The notes beneath the pieces are model-generated. The model was given only the letters and a program-made list of their open reading frames with translations, ran no database searches and was not told where the DNA came from. A DNA stretch of 64,000 bases from Alphaproteobacteria bacterium (GTDB taxonomy: Bacteria; Pseudomonadota; Alphaproteobacteria; CADEGL01), in the NCBI GenBank assembly GCA_046349515.1, contig JAXMCE010000002.1, positions 27,623-91,622 on the forward strand, in the 5' to 3' direction. Below, in pieces: positions 44,247-55,907 of this stretch. Positions within the stretch are counted from its first letter, which is position 1; every line of letters begins with the position of its first letter. The translations under genes and the position numbers were made by a program.

Positions 44247-44375
44247 TCAGGACCCGCCCATGCGCACGATGGTGATGACGTAGAACAGGACGACGAGGCC
44301 AAGCAGCACGATGAGCAAGGCACGGTTCTTGGCCCGGCGTTTGCGATCGCTCTCCGCACGGCTCGCCTCACCCAT
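44247..44375 (-). CDS. Small (about 43 aa) single-TM protein between ctaB and ctaG
   Basis: MGEASRAESDRKRRAKNRALLIVLLGLVVLFYVITIVRMGGS. The ATG at 44375 overlaps the ctaB stop. Confidence 0.45.
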   Translation of the reverse strand: MGEASRAESDRKRRAKNRALLIVLLGLVVLFYVITIVRMGGS

Positions 44376-44376
44376 C

Positions 44377-45294
44377 TCATAGGCCGGCACCCGGCGCCCG
44401 ATCGACGAGCAGCAGGGCGAAAAGCAGGAAGAGATAGAGGATCGAGAATCCGAACATCCGGCGCGCGCTCCGCTCCGTCGCATCGAACCAGAGCGAGATG
44501 GCGGCGCCGATGAAGGCGAGGCTCAGCACGAGCGCCGCGGTCGCGTAGAGCGGCCCGGCGACGCCGAGCGCATAGGGCGCCAGCACGAAGGGAACGAGAA
44601 GAACGGCGTAGATGAGGATCTGGCGCTTCGTCTCCTTGATGCCGGCCACGACCGGCAGCATGGGCACGCCCGCGCGCGCGTAGTCGCCCGACCGGTAGAG
44701 CGCCAAGGCCCAGAAATGCGGCGGCGTCCACATGAAGATGATGGCGAACAGGGCGAGCGAGGCCAGGCTCACCTCTCCCGTCGCAGCCGCCCAGCCGACC
44801 ATGGGCGGAAAGGCGCCGGCCGCACCACCGATGACGATGTTCTGCGGCGTGCGGCGCTTCAGCCACATCGTGTAGACGAACACGTAGAACGCGATGGTAA
44901 GCGCAAGGAGCGCCGCCGCCGTCCAGTTGACCGCCAAGCCCATCACCGTGACGGCGCCGACGGCCAGGACCACGCCGAAGCCGAGCGCCTCGCCCGGCGC
45001 CATGCGTCCCGCGGGTAGCGGGCGATTCTTGGTGCGGGCCATGAGCGCATCGATGTCGCGCTCGTACCACATGTTGATGGCGCCCGAGGCCCCCGCGCCG
45101 ACGGCAATCGCGAGGATCGCGATTCCTCCGAGCACGGGATGGATGTGCGCCGGCGCCAGGAGCATCCCCACGAGGGCCGTGAAGACCACGAGTGACATGA
45201 CGCGCGGCTTCAACAGCTGAACGAAGTCCGCGACGGTCGAATCGCTCGCCGCTGGTGCGAGCGCGGACCTCGAATCGACGGAACTGTCGGTCAC
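44377..45294 (-). CDS. ctaB: Protoheme IX farnesyltransferase (heme O synthase)
   Basis: UbiA-fold motifs ([21 protein letters not shown]). Confidence 0.9.
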   Translation of the reverse strand: MTDSSVDSRSALAPAASDSTVADFVQLLKPRVMSLVVFTALVGMLLAPAHIHPVLGGIAILAIAVGAGASGAINMWYERDIDALMARTKNRPLPAGRMAPGEALGFGVVLAVGAVTVMGLAVNWTAAALLALTIAFYVFVYTMWLKRRTPQNIVIGGAAGAFPPMVGWAAATGEVSLASLALFAIIFMWTPPHFWALALYRSGDYARAGVPMLPVVAGIKETKRQILIYAVLLVPFVLAPYALGVAGPLYATAALVLSLAFIGAAISLWFDATERSARRMFGFSILYLFLLFALLLVDRAPGAGL

Positions 45295-45348
45295 CGCTCT
45301 CCCCTCTCGTGCCGCCGAAGGACGACGATCAACACGCCGTCATCCGCC

Positions 45349-47809
<2,461 letters not shown>

Positions 47810-48129
47810 CTCATCCGTTCCGAATGCATGGATGGCGTGACGGCGCCATCCTCCCCATCATTGCGTTCCGCTGACCGCGTCATGAGGGCTCCTCGTCGAA
47901 GCCCGATCGCGCAAGACCCCCGCCGCCATGCCCGGTCCAAGCCGTTGATCTGCGTACCGGTTCCACTGGCGTCGCGGCGGAACATACACCAGCCGAAACC
48001 CGTTTCACAACACGGACAAAACCGGCCCCGGACCTATATATTGTTTAGCCTCGATACGGTCAGGGATATGGAAAGGGACAGCCGGGGGACTCGGTCCTCC
48101 TTGGCTGGCGCAGCGCCCGGAGCAAGCCA

Positions 48130-49563
48130 ATGGCCAACGACACCACGACCAACGACCTGTTCTTCACCCAGGCCGGCCTCGACCGAGGGCGTCTGCAGAC
48201 GATCGTCGATGACACCCTCAAGCGCGCGGATGACGGCGAGCTCTTCCTCGAATATCGCCAGTCGGAGAGTCTCCTTTTCGATGACGGGCGGCTGAAAAGC
48301 GCCAGTTTTGATACGTCCCAGGGCTTCGGGCTCCGGGCGGTCGCGGGCGAGGCCACGGGCTACGCCCATGCCTCGGAATTGTCCGAGCCCGCGATCCGGC
48401 GGGCGGCGGGAGCGGTCGCGGCGGTCGCAAGCGGACATTCGGGCACGCGGGCCGAGGCACCGCTCGGCACCAACCGAGCCCTCTATCCGTCCTCGAACCC
48501 GCTCGACCAGGGCGAGTTCGGCGCCAAGGTCAAGCTGCTCGCCGAGATCGACGCCTATGCGCGCAGCCGCGATCCCCGTGTCCGCCAGGTCACGGCGTCG
48601 CTTTACGGCGAGTGGCAAGCGGTCGAGATCATGCGCCCCGGCGGCCAGCGCTCGGCCGACATCCGCCCGCTCGTGCGGCTCAACGTGTCGATCACCGTGG
48701 GCGACGGCGCGCGGCTCGAGAGCGGCAGTCACGGCGCGGGAGGACGCGCTGCCTACGAGGCCTGGCTCGATCCCACGCAATGGCGCGGCCAGGTGGACGA
48801 AGCGTTGCGCCAGGCGCTCGTCAATTTGCAGTCGGTGCCGGCACCGGCCGGCGAGATGACCGTCGTCCTCGGCCCCGGATGGCCAGGCATCCTCCTTCAC
48901 GAAGCGATCGGCCACGGCCTCGAGGGGGACTTCAACCGCAAGAAGAGCTCGGCTTTCTCGGGCCTCATGGGCCAGCGCATCGCGGCGCCCGGCGTCACCG
49001 TCGTCGATGACGGCACGATCCCCGGCCGCCGCGGCTCGCTCACCGTGGACGACGAGGGCACGCCCAGCCGCAGGACCGTGCTCATCGAGGACGGCATCCT
49101 CGTCGGCTATCTCCAGGACCGGATGAACGCGCGTCTCATGGGCATGGCGCCGACCGGCAACGGCCGGCGCGAGAGCTACGCCCACCACCCCATGCCGCGC
49201 ATGACGAACACCTACATGCTGGCCGGCGACAAGACGCCCGAGGAGATCCTCCGGTCGGTCAAGCGCGGCGTCTACGCGGTCAACTTCGGCGGCGGCCAGG
49301 TCGACATCACCTCCGGCAAGTTCGTCTTCACGAGCGCCGAGGCCTATCTCATCGAGGACGGAAAGATCGGGCCCTCGCTCAAGGGTGCGACGCTCATCGG
49401 CAACGGCCCCGACGTCCTGACGAAGGTTTCGATGATCGGCAACGACATGCGGCTCGATCCCGGGATCGGCACCTGCGGCAAGGACGGGCAGAGCGTGCCG
49501 GTCGGCGTCGGCCTGCCGACCATCCTTGTCTCCGGCCTCACGATCGGCGGTACGGGCGGCTGA
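48130..49563 (+). CDS. tldD: Metalloprotease TldD
   Basis: HEAIGHGLEGDF metal site. 477 aa. Confidence 0.9.
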   Translation: MANDTTTNDLFFTQAGLDRGRLQTIVDDTLKRADDGELFLEYRQSESLLFDDGRLKSASFDTSQGFGLRAVAGEATGYAHASELSEPAIRRAAGAVAAVASGHSGTRAEAPLGTNRALYPSSNPLDQGEFGAKVKLLAEIDAYARSRDPRVRQVTASLYGEWQAVEIMRPGGQRSADIRPLVRLNVSITVGDGARLESGSHGAGGRAAYEAWLDPTQWRGQVDEALRQALVNLQSVPAPAGEMTVVLGPGWPGILLHEAIGHGLEGDFNRKKSSAFSGLMGQRIAAPGVTVVDDGTIPGRRGSLTVDDEGTPSRRTVLIEDGILVGYLQDRMNARLMGMAPTGNGRRESYAHHPMPRMTNTYMLAGDKTPEEILRSVKRGVYAVNFGGGQVDITSGKFVFTSAEAYLIEDGKIGPSLKGATLIGNGPDVLTKVSMIGNDMRLDPGIGTCGKDGQSVPVGVGLPTILVSGLTIGGTGG

Positions 49564-49575
49564 GAGACTCTCGGG

Positions 49576-51624
49576 CTAGGCAGGCAGGGGCGCCGTCGCC
49601 GCGACGAGCCACGCGCGCAATCCGGCATCGAGATGCGGGGCATGGGTCTCCCGCACCCGCGCATGGTAGGCGTCGAGCCAGGCCCGCTCCTCCGCATCAA
49701 GCAACGTCGTCTCGATGAGCCGGCGATCGATGGGTGCAAGGGTGAGCGTCTCGAAGCCGAGAAGCTCGCGCTCGGCCCCCTCGGGCGCCGGCGACGGCAC
49801 GACGGCAACGAGATTCTCGATGCGGATTCCGAAGGCGCCGGTCTTGTAGTAGCCGGGCTCGTTCGAGACGATCATGCCGGGCTCGAGCGCCACCGTGTTC
49901 GGGATCTTCGAGATGCGGTGCGGTCCCTCGTGCACGCCGAGATAGCTGCCGACGCCGTGCCCCGTTCCGTGGTCGTAGTCGAGCCCCGCCTGCCATAGCG
50001 CGTGGCGCGCCAGCGCATCGAGCTGCGAGCCGGAAGTCCCCTTGGGGAAGCGCGCGCGGGCGAGCGCGATGTGGCCTTTGAGCACGCGGGTGAAGCGGTC
50101 CTTCTGCTCGGCCGACGGCTCGCCCTTGCCGGCGACGAAGACGGTCCGCGTGACGTCCGTCGTGCCGTCGAGGTACTGGGCGCCCGAATCGACGAGATAG
50201 AGCTCGCCCGGCGTGATGCGCCGGTTGGACGCGGCGCTCACACGGTAGTGGACGATGGCGCCGTTGGCACCGGCGCCGGAGATCGTGTCGAAACTGAAGT
50301 CCCGGAACAGCTCGCCCTCGCGCCGGAAATCGGCCAATGCCTCGACCGCGGCCATCTCGCTCACCTCGCCCGCCGCAGCCGCGCGATCGAGCCAAGCCAG
50401 GAAGCGGACGAGGGCCAAGCCATCACGGGCGTGCGCGGCGCGCGCGCCGTCGAGCTCGGCCGCGTTCTTCCGCGCCTTCGGCAATTGGCAGGGATCGCTG
50501 TCCTTCACGAGTTCGGCGCCCGCCGCTTCGAGCCGCGCCGCGACGAAGGCGGGCGCGCTTCCCGGATCGAGGAGGACGCGCGCGCCTTTGAGCTGATCGA
50601 GGGCCGAAGGAAAGGTCCCGATCGCCGCGACCGCGACTTCATTGCCGAGATGGGCGCGCGCGGACGGCGTGAGCTTCCGCGGATCGAGGAAAAGCCGCAC
50701 CTGTCCGCTCCGCTCGAGGATCGCGAAGGAGAGGACGAGCGGCGTGCGCGGAACGTCGCCGCCGCGGATGTTGAGAAGCCAGGCAATCGAATCGGGCGCC
50801 GTGATGATCGCCGCATCGACGCGCTTCTTCTCGAGCTCGCTCGCCAAGGGGCGACGCTTGGCCTCGGCACTCTCGCCCGCGAAACGCAGCTCGTGCGGCA
50901 CGACCGGGGCCACGGGGGCCACAGGCTGGTCCCGCCAGACCGCATCGATCGGGTTGTTCTTGCAGGCCGACAGCACGCCGCCCGCTTTCTTCGAGGCCGC
51001 CTCGAAGCGCGCGCATTCGTTGGGCGTGTGGAGCCACGGATCGTAGCCAAGACGGCCGCCCCGGCCGAGATGCGCCTCGATCCATGCGGAGGGCGGCTCG
51101 TCCACGATGTGGCGCGTCTCGAAACACGTCCGATCCACCTGATCGGCCACTTGGAGGGTGTATCGGCCATCGACGAAGACGGCCGCCCGCTCTTTCAGCA
51201 CGATCGCCAGGCCGGCGGAGCCTGTGAAACCGGTGAGCCAGGCCAGGCGCTCCGCGCGCGGCGGCACATATTCATTCTGGTGCTCGTCCGACCGGGGCAC
51301 GATGAAGCCATCGAGATCTTGCCGTGCGAACTCGGAGCGGAGGGCCGCGAGCCGCGCCGTGGTTGGCGAAGCCTCGACCGCGACCGTCGCGCCTAGCCTC
51401 GCCTTCAAGGCCTTGAGCTGGGCCGTGAGAGCGGCGCTCCGCTTCTCGGCCACGAGGACCATCCAGGCGTCCGGGTCCTCGCCCTCGGGGGCGGCCAGCA
51501 CGCCGCTGACGAGCGATTTGAGCCCTTCGATCGAGGCCACGATCCCTTCGGCCCTGAGAAGCGTCTCGAGCGCCGCATCCCCGTCATAGCGGAGCGCCGG
51601 GCTTTGAGGAGAGCGAACGGTCAT
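49576..51624 (-). CDS. pepP: Xaa-Pro aminopeptidase (M24B, PepP-like), with an N-terminal extension of about 85 aa
   Basis: C-terminal HGTGHGVGSYLGVHEGP. N-terminal creatinase-like region (DGFIVPRSDEHQNEYV). Confidence 0.8.
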   Translation of the reverse strand: MTVRSPQSPALRYDGDAALETLLRAEGIVASIEGLKSLVSGVLAAPEGEDPDAWMVLVAEKRSAALTAQLKALKARLGATVAVEASPTTARLAALRSEFARQDLDGFIVPRSDEHQNEYVPPRAERLAWLTGFTGSAGLAIVLKERAAVFVDGRYTLQVADQVDRTCFETRHIVDEPPSAWIEAHLGRGGRLGYDPWLHTPNECARFEAASKKAGGVLSACKNNPIDAVWRDQPVAPVAPVVPHELRFAGESAEAKRRPLASELEKKRVDAAIITAPDSIAWLLNIRGGDVPRTPLVLSFAILERSGQVRLFLDPRKLTPSARAHLGNEVAVAAIGTFPSALDQLKGARVLLDPGSAPAFVAARLEAAGAELVKDSDPCQLPKARKNAAELDGARAAHARDGLALVRFLAWLDRAAAAGEVSEMAAVEALADFRREGELFRDFSFDTISGAGANGAIVHYRVSAASNRRITPGELYLVDSGAQYLDGTTDVTRTVFVAGKGEPSAEQKDRFTRVLKGHIALARARFPKGTSGSQLDALARHALWQAGLDYDHGTGHGVGSYLGVHEGPHRISKIPNTVALEPGMIVSNEPGYYKTGAFGIRIENLVAVVPSPAPEGAERELLGFETLTLAPIDRRLIETTLLDAEERAWLDAYHARVRETHAPHLDAGLRAWLVAATAPLPA

Positions 51625-51694
51625 GGCGAGAAGCTATGCGCCCGCTTTCTCGCCTGGCAAGAGCCGTCCCCGTTCCCTTCAGCCCATGCACGGC

Positions 51695-51779
51695 ACGCAA
51701 TGGTGCATTGCGTCATGGTTTGGCCAAAGATTCGACTTACTAACCATTTATTAAATTGTGCGACGCAATAATTGCGTCG
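51695..51779. promoter_or_regulatory. Two related operator-like palindromes, ACGCAATG-gtg-CATTGCGT (51695-51713) and CGACGCAAT-a-ATTGCGTCG (51761-51779), in the AT-rich leader of the DUF1127 gene
   Basis: Read directly. Both share the ACGCAAT/ATTGCGT half-site. A strong AGGAGG SD lies 8 nt before ATG 51811. Confidence 0.4.
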
Positions 51780-51810
51780 ATTTCGTTAATTCTGACAGGA
51801 GGTCCGTGAC

Positions 51811-52116
51811 ATGACAGAGACAAACAAAAAGAACGCCCAAGGCAATTCGGCCGATATGGCCGAAACCCTCGGTAGCGGCTTCCTCGCCGCGGCCGATGCC
51901 ATGGCCCAGATCGGCGCCCTGATCGGCTCGAGCGCCGCCGGCGTCGCCGCCATCGTGCAGCGCCTGCGTGCCCGAAATGAGACGATCGACGCGCTCTCGG
52001 GCCTCGACGACGCGATGCTCAAAGACATCGGCGTGCGCCGGCACGAGATTTCGCGCCTTGCCGACGATGTGATCGAGGGCAACGAGGCCGGACAGCGGCC
52101 GAAGCTTGCCGCCTGA
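51811..52116 (+). CDS. DUF1127 domain protein
   Basis: Conserved C-terminal LSGLDDAMLKDIGVRRHEI. AGGAGG RBS. Confidence 0.65.
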   Translation: MTETNKKNAQGNSADMAETLGSGFLAAADAMAQIGALIGSSAAGVAAIVQRLRARNETIDALSGLDDAMLKDIGVRRHEISRLADDVIEGNEAGQRPKLAA

Positions 52117-52163
52117 AGCGGCGGGGCTGGCGGAGTGGCCTTGGCCGTTCCGCCCGACTGCCT

Positions 52164-53042
52164 TCATCGCTCGTAGAGGAGCGTCAGCCACTCGCCCACA
52201 TGGATCGCCTCCCTGAGCCGCAAACCGGCGGCAAGGAAGGCCCCGACCAGGTCTGCCCCCTCCCCCTCGAGAAGCCCTGACAGCACGACCGCCCCGCCGG
52301 GGCGGACGTGGCGCGCGATCGCGCCCGCCAGCACGACAAGGGGTCCGAGCTGGATATTGGCGACGATGAGATCGAAGAGCGGCGCACGCCCGAGTGCGGG
52401 TGAATCGAACCCGCGGCTCACGACCGCCCGCACGTGCCGACCCACCCCATTCGAGCGGATGTTGGCACGCGCAACGCCAACGGCTGCAGAATCGACATCG
52501 GCCGCGACCACTTTGGCACCCCACGTCTTCGCGATCGCGATGGCCAGGATGGCCGAGCCGCAACCGAGATCAAGCGCCCGCGCGACGTGACGGTCCGGCG
52601 CCAACCGGTCGAACGCGCGAAGACAGCCTTCCGTGCTCGCGTGCCTGCCGGTCCCGAAGGCGGCGCCCGCATCGAGCGCGAGACCGATGGCGCCGCGCGC
52701 CACGCGTCCTTTGAAATCGCTGCCGTGGATGAAATAGCGCCCGATCGCGAACGGCGGAAAACTCCGGCGGTTGGCCGCAAGCCAATCGCGGGGAGCGAGC
52801 CGGTCGATCGACACCTCTGGTGCCGCGAGCCCCGCGCTGGCAGCAGCCAGCGCCACGGCGAGAGAGACGGCGGTCTCGTCCGGCCACTCGCGACCGATGA
52901 CCTCGACCACGGTCACGCCCGCGCCCCCCTCGAAGGTCGCGACGCTGTCGCCGAATGGCTCGAGCGCCGACATCATCACATCGGTCGCATCCGCGGGCAC
53001 TTTGACGAGCAACCGCCAGAGCGACGACGTCGGGCCGGTCAC
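52164..53042 (-). CDS. prmA: Ribosomal protein L11 methyltransferase
   Basis: SAM-MTase motif LDLGCGSAILAIA. Length and N-terminal domain match alphaproteobacterial PrmA. Confidence 0.8.
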   Translation of the reverse strand: MTGPTSSLWRLLVKVPADATDVMMSALEPFGDSVATFEGGAGVTVVEVIGREWPDETAVSLAVALAAASAGLAAPEVSIDRLAPRDWLAANRRSFPPFAIGRYFIHGSDFKGRVARGAIGLALDAGAAFGTGRHASTEGCLRAFDRLAPDRHVARALDLGCGSAILAIAIAKTWGAKVVAADVDSAAVGVARANIRSNGVGRHVRAVVSRGFDSPALGRAPLFDLIVANIQLGPLVVLAGAIARHVRPGGAVVLSGLLEGEGADLVGAFLAAGLRLREAIHVGEWLTLLYER

Positions 53043-53178
53043 GGCGATGCCTCCCCGCGGTCGCGACCCACCTTGCGACGTCGGGTGAGTGTGGCCAGAG
53101 TGAGCCCGCCCGCTCGATGCGGCGCCGGCCCGCTCGGCATCCCGCCGTCAGGTCCTATCGTTCCCATGGAGCATCTTC

Positions 53179-54072
53179 CTGCACCATCCCCTGGTCCTAC
53201 GCGGCATCCTACTCACGATCGCCGCCTGGTCGCTCTTCCCTGCGCTCGATGCCATCGCGAAATATCTCAGCGGCGACTATTCCGTCATCGAGATCGCGTG
53301 GGCCCGCTTCCTCGCGCAGTTCATCGCCGCTGCCGCCTTACTCGGCCCGCACCGGGTGCGGCGCGCCCTCCGGACCCGCCACAGGAAACTCCAGTTCGCC
53401 CGCTCGCTCGGCTTCGGAGTCCATACGGCGCTGTTCCTCGTCGCCATCACGTTTCTCCCGCTGGCCGATGCGATCGCCGTCCTCTTCGTGGGCCCCCTCT
53501 TGGTGACGGCGCTCTCCGCCCCGCTCCTCGGCGAGAAGGTCGGAGCTGCGCGCTGGGCCGGCGTCCTGGCCGGCTTCATCGGCGCGCTCGTCATCATCCG
53601 GCCGGGGTTCGGCGTCTTCCATTGGGCAATGGTTCTCGTCCTCTTGAGCGCCGCGTGCCTCGCCCTCTACCAGCTCACGACTCGCGAATTGAGCAACCAT
53701 GAAGACCCGCTGACCACGCTGTTCTACACGCCGGCCGCCGGGCTTGTCGTCCTGAGCGTCGCCGTGCCGTTCGTCTGGACCGTCCCTGCCAGGGGCGACG
53801 TGCTCCTGATGGCGTTCATGGGCGGCGTCGGCGCCCTCGGCCATTTCATGCTGATCAAGGCCTACGAAACCGCCGAAGCGTCGAGCCTGGCGCCCTTCTC
53901 CTACGTCCTCATCGTCAGCGCGACGTTCTTCGGCTACGCGGTGTTCGGCGACGTGCCGGACGGCTGGACGATCCTCGGCGCGCTTATCGTCATCGGCAGC
54001 GGAGTTTACATCGGCAGGATCGAGGCGCGTCAGGAACGCGTCTCCGCCGCGGCGGTGGAGCGGATGGGATGA
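53179..54072 (+). CDS. EamA/DMT-family transporter, paralogue 1 (start codon uncertain: non-canonical or frameshifted)
   Basis: The conserved N-terminal helices (LRGILLTIAAWSLFPALDAIAKYLSGDYSVIEIAWARFLAQF) are in frame with the rest of the protein. That frame has no ATG, GTG or TTG between the upstream stop (53101) and GTG 53356. CTG 53179 is the nearest candidate. ATG 53166 is in the +1 frame. Confidence 0.55.
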   Translation: MHHPLVLRGILLTIAAWSLFPALDAIAKYLSGDYSVIEIAWARFLAQFIAAAALLGPHRVRRALRTRHRKLQFARSLGFGVHTALFLVAITFLPLADAIAVLFVGPLLVTALSAPLLGEKVGAARWAGVLAGFIGALVIIRPGFGVFHWAMVLVLLSAACLALYQLTTRELSNHEDPLTTLFYTPAAGLVVLSVAVPFVWTVPARGDVLLMAFMGGVGALGHFMLIKAYETAEASSLAPFSYVLIVSATFFGYAVFGDVPDGWTILGALIVIGSGVYIGRIEARQERVSAAAVERMG

Positions 54073-54962
54073 AACCCGCCGCACCCCTCGCGTTTCGCGG
54101 CATCCTCCTCATGATCCTCGCCGTCTCTCTCTTCCCGATCGCGGACGGGATCGCCAAGCGCCTGACGAGCGAGATCCCGATCATGCAGATCATCTGGGGC
54201 CGCTACGCGTTCCAGATGGTCTTCATCCTTTTCTACATCGGCGTCGCCCATCCCTGGCGCGTGGTGCGGACGGAGCGCTTCCGGCTTCAGGCGGCGCGCG
54301 CTTTCGCCGGCTGGGCCTCCAATATCCCGTTCATCACGGCGCTGGCCTTCATTCCCATCGCCGATGCGTTCGCCGCGTCGCTCGTCGCCCCTCTTATGGT
54401 GACGGCCTTGTCGGTTCCGCTCTTGGGCGAGCAGGTCGGAATTCGACGCTGGACGGCAGTCGCCTTCGGATTCGCGGGCGCGCTCATCGTCGCGCGGCCC
54501 GGCCTCGGTCTCGTCCACTGGGCGACCATGCTGCCGCTGGCCTCCGCCGCTCTCTTCGCCTTCTACCAGATCGGCGCCCGCCAGCTTGCGTCGACCGACC
54601 GAGCGACGACGACGTTCTTCTACGCGACCACCGTGGGGTTCGTGATCAATTCCGTCATACTGCCCTTCGTCTGGGTGCCCATGTCGCTCGAACTCTGGGG
54701 TCTCATGGCGCTCATGGGGCTTCTCTTCGCCCTCTCGCACCTCGCGCTCACCAAGGCCTTCGACTTCGGCGCCGCCTCCGTCCTGGCGCCCTTCGTCTAT
54801 TTCCAGATCGCGAGCGCCACCGTGGTGGGCTTCGTCTTCTTCGGCGATTTGCCGGACCGTTGGACCATTGTCGGCACGCTCATCGTGATCGCGAGCGGCC
54901 TCTACGTGGCCTACCGCGAGAGCCGCATCTCCCTGCCGTTGCGCGCGCGCGAGGGAGCGTGA
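54069..54962 (+). CDS. EamA/DMT-family transporter, paralogue 2
   Basis: 10-TM protein with a duplicated EamA domain. Its ATG overlaps the TGA of paralogue 1 (ATGA). Confidence 0.8.
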   Translation: MKPAAPLAFRGILLMILAVSLFPIADGIAKRLTSEIPIMQIIWGRYAFQMVFILFYIGVAHPWRVVRTERFRLQAARAFAGWASNIPFITALAFIPIADAFAASLVAPLMVTALSVPLLGEQVGIRRWTAVAFGFAGALIVARPGLGLVHWATMLPLASAALFAFYQIGARQLASTDRATTTFFYATTVGFVINSVILPFVWVPMSLELWGLMALMGLLFALSHLALTKAFDFGAASVLAPFVYFQIASATVVGFVFFGDLPDRWTIVGTLIVIASGLYVAYRESRISLPLRAREGA

Positions 54963-55771
54963 CGCGCGTGGCCGTTGGCGCGTGATGCCGGCTTCATCGT
55001 CGCGACCACGCGGCCCCAGCCATTTGCTTCCGTCGCGTAGAAATCACCCGTGATGAAGCCGCCGCCGAGGATTTCGAGCGGCTTGAACTCATTCAACGGG
55101 TCGGTCGCGAGCCCGCGCAGGGTCACCTTGCCGGCACCGAAGCGTTCCGACTTCAAGACGTAATCGGGCGAGGTGTCGCGCTCGATGATGCGCATCGCCG
55201 TGTAGCCCGGGCCGTCGGGCCGCGGCTGCACGTGCATGTTGTAGTGCGGGGTGAGCTTGAGGCGCGGCACGGAGTCGACCGACTTCGAGAGATCGACCGA
55301 GAGTTCCATGATGGCCTTGCCATGGCGCATCGCCTTCGCCGTCACGACACGGCCGCGCCGGGTCATGGTGATGGCGGCGTACTTCTTGGGATAGCCCCAG
55401 AGATCGCGGCCCGCAGCGATCGCGGCGTCGTTGTTCTCGTACTCGAAGAGATAGTAGCCGCCGAGCCTGCCGCGGAAGCGGATCGGCAGCACGATCGCCG
55501 CGTCCATGAATTGCGCCTTGTCGCAATTGCTGAAGTCGGCGACCGAGACGATGTAGCGGTCGTCCACGCTCTCGAACGGCGTGCGCTTCAGGTACCTGTC
55601 GATGACGCGCCGATTGCCGCGGCAGACGACGTAGAGGATACGGTTGTTCTTGCACTGATAGGGCACGAACGGATCGGGGATGAGCGGCGACTGCACGGGC
55701 ATGTTGTTGCCATGCTGCACGGCGAAGGATTTCACGGCGGCACCCTCCTCGGTTTCGGCGATGAGAGCCAC
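54911..55771 (-). CDS. Acetoacetate decarboxylase (ADC)-family protein
   Basis: AIAAGRDLWGYPKKY matches the ADC AIAVGRELSAYPKK region. 286 aa. Its 3' end overlaps the paralogue 2 3' end by 52 nt (convergent). Confidence 0.7.
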   Translation of the reverse strand: MALIAETEEGAAVKSFAVQHGNNMPVQSPLIPDPFVPYQCKNNRILYVVCRGNRRVIDRYLKRTPFESVDDRYIVSVADFSNCDKAQFMDAAIVLPIRFRGRLGGYYLFEYENNDAAIAAGRDLWGYPKKYAAITMTRRGRVVTAKAMRHGKAIMELSVDLSKSVDSVPRLKLTPHYNMHVQPRPDGPGYTAMRIIERDTSPDYVLKSERFGAGKVTLRGLATDPLNEFKPLEILGGGFITGDFYATEANGWGRVVATMKPASRANGHARHAPSRARNGREMRLSR

Positions 55772-55907
55772 ATCGCACCCGTCTCGACTCTAGCGGCGCA
55801 GGCTTCGGATTCCAACGAATCCAACCCGCCGATCTCGGAGCGTTCGGGCTTGCCGCGAGTGCCTATCACTCTCGCCATCGGACGCAGACACCTGTATGCC
55901 GTAGGGC

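Noticed and set aside
52117-52163. Hairpin GGCGGA...TCCGCC between the DUF1127 gene and prmA, as a terminator
   Set aside because: The stem is imperfect, the loop is long (14 nt) and there is no U-tract on either side.
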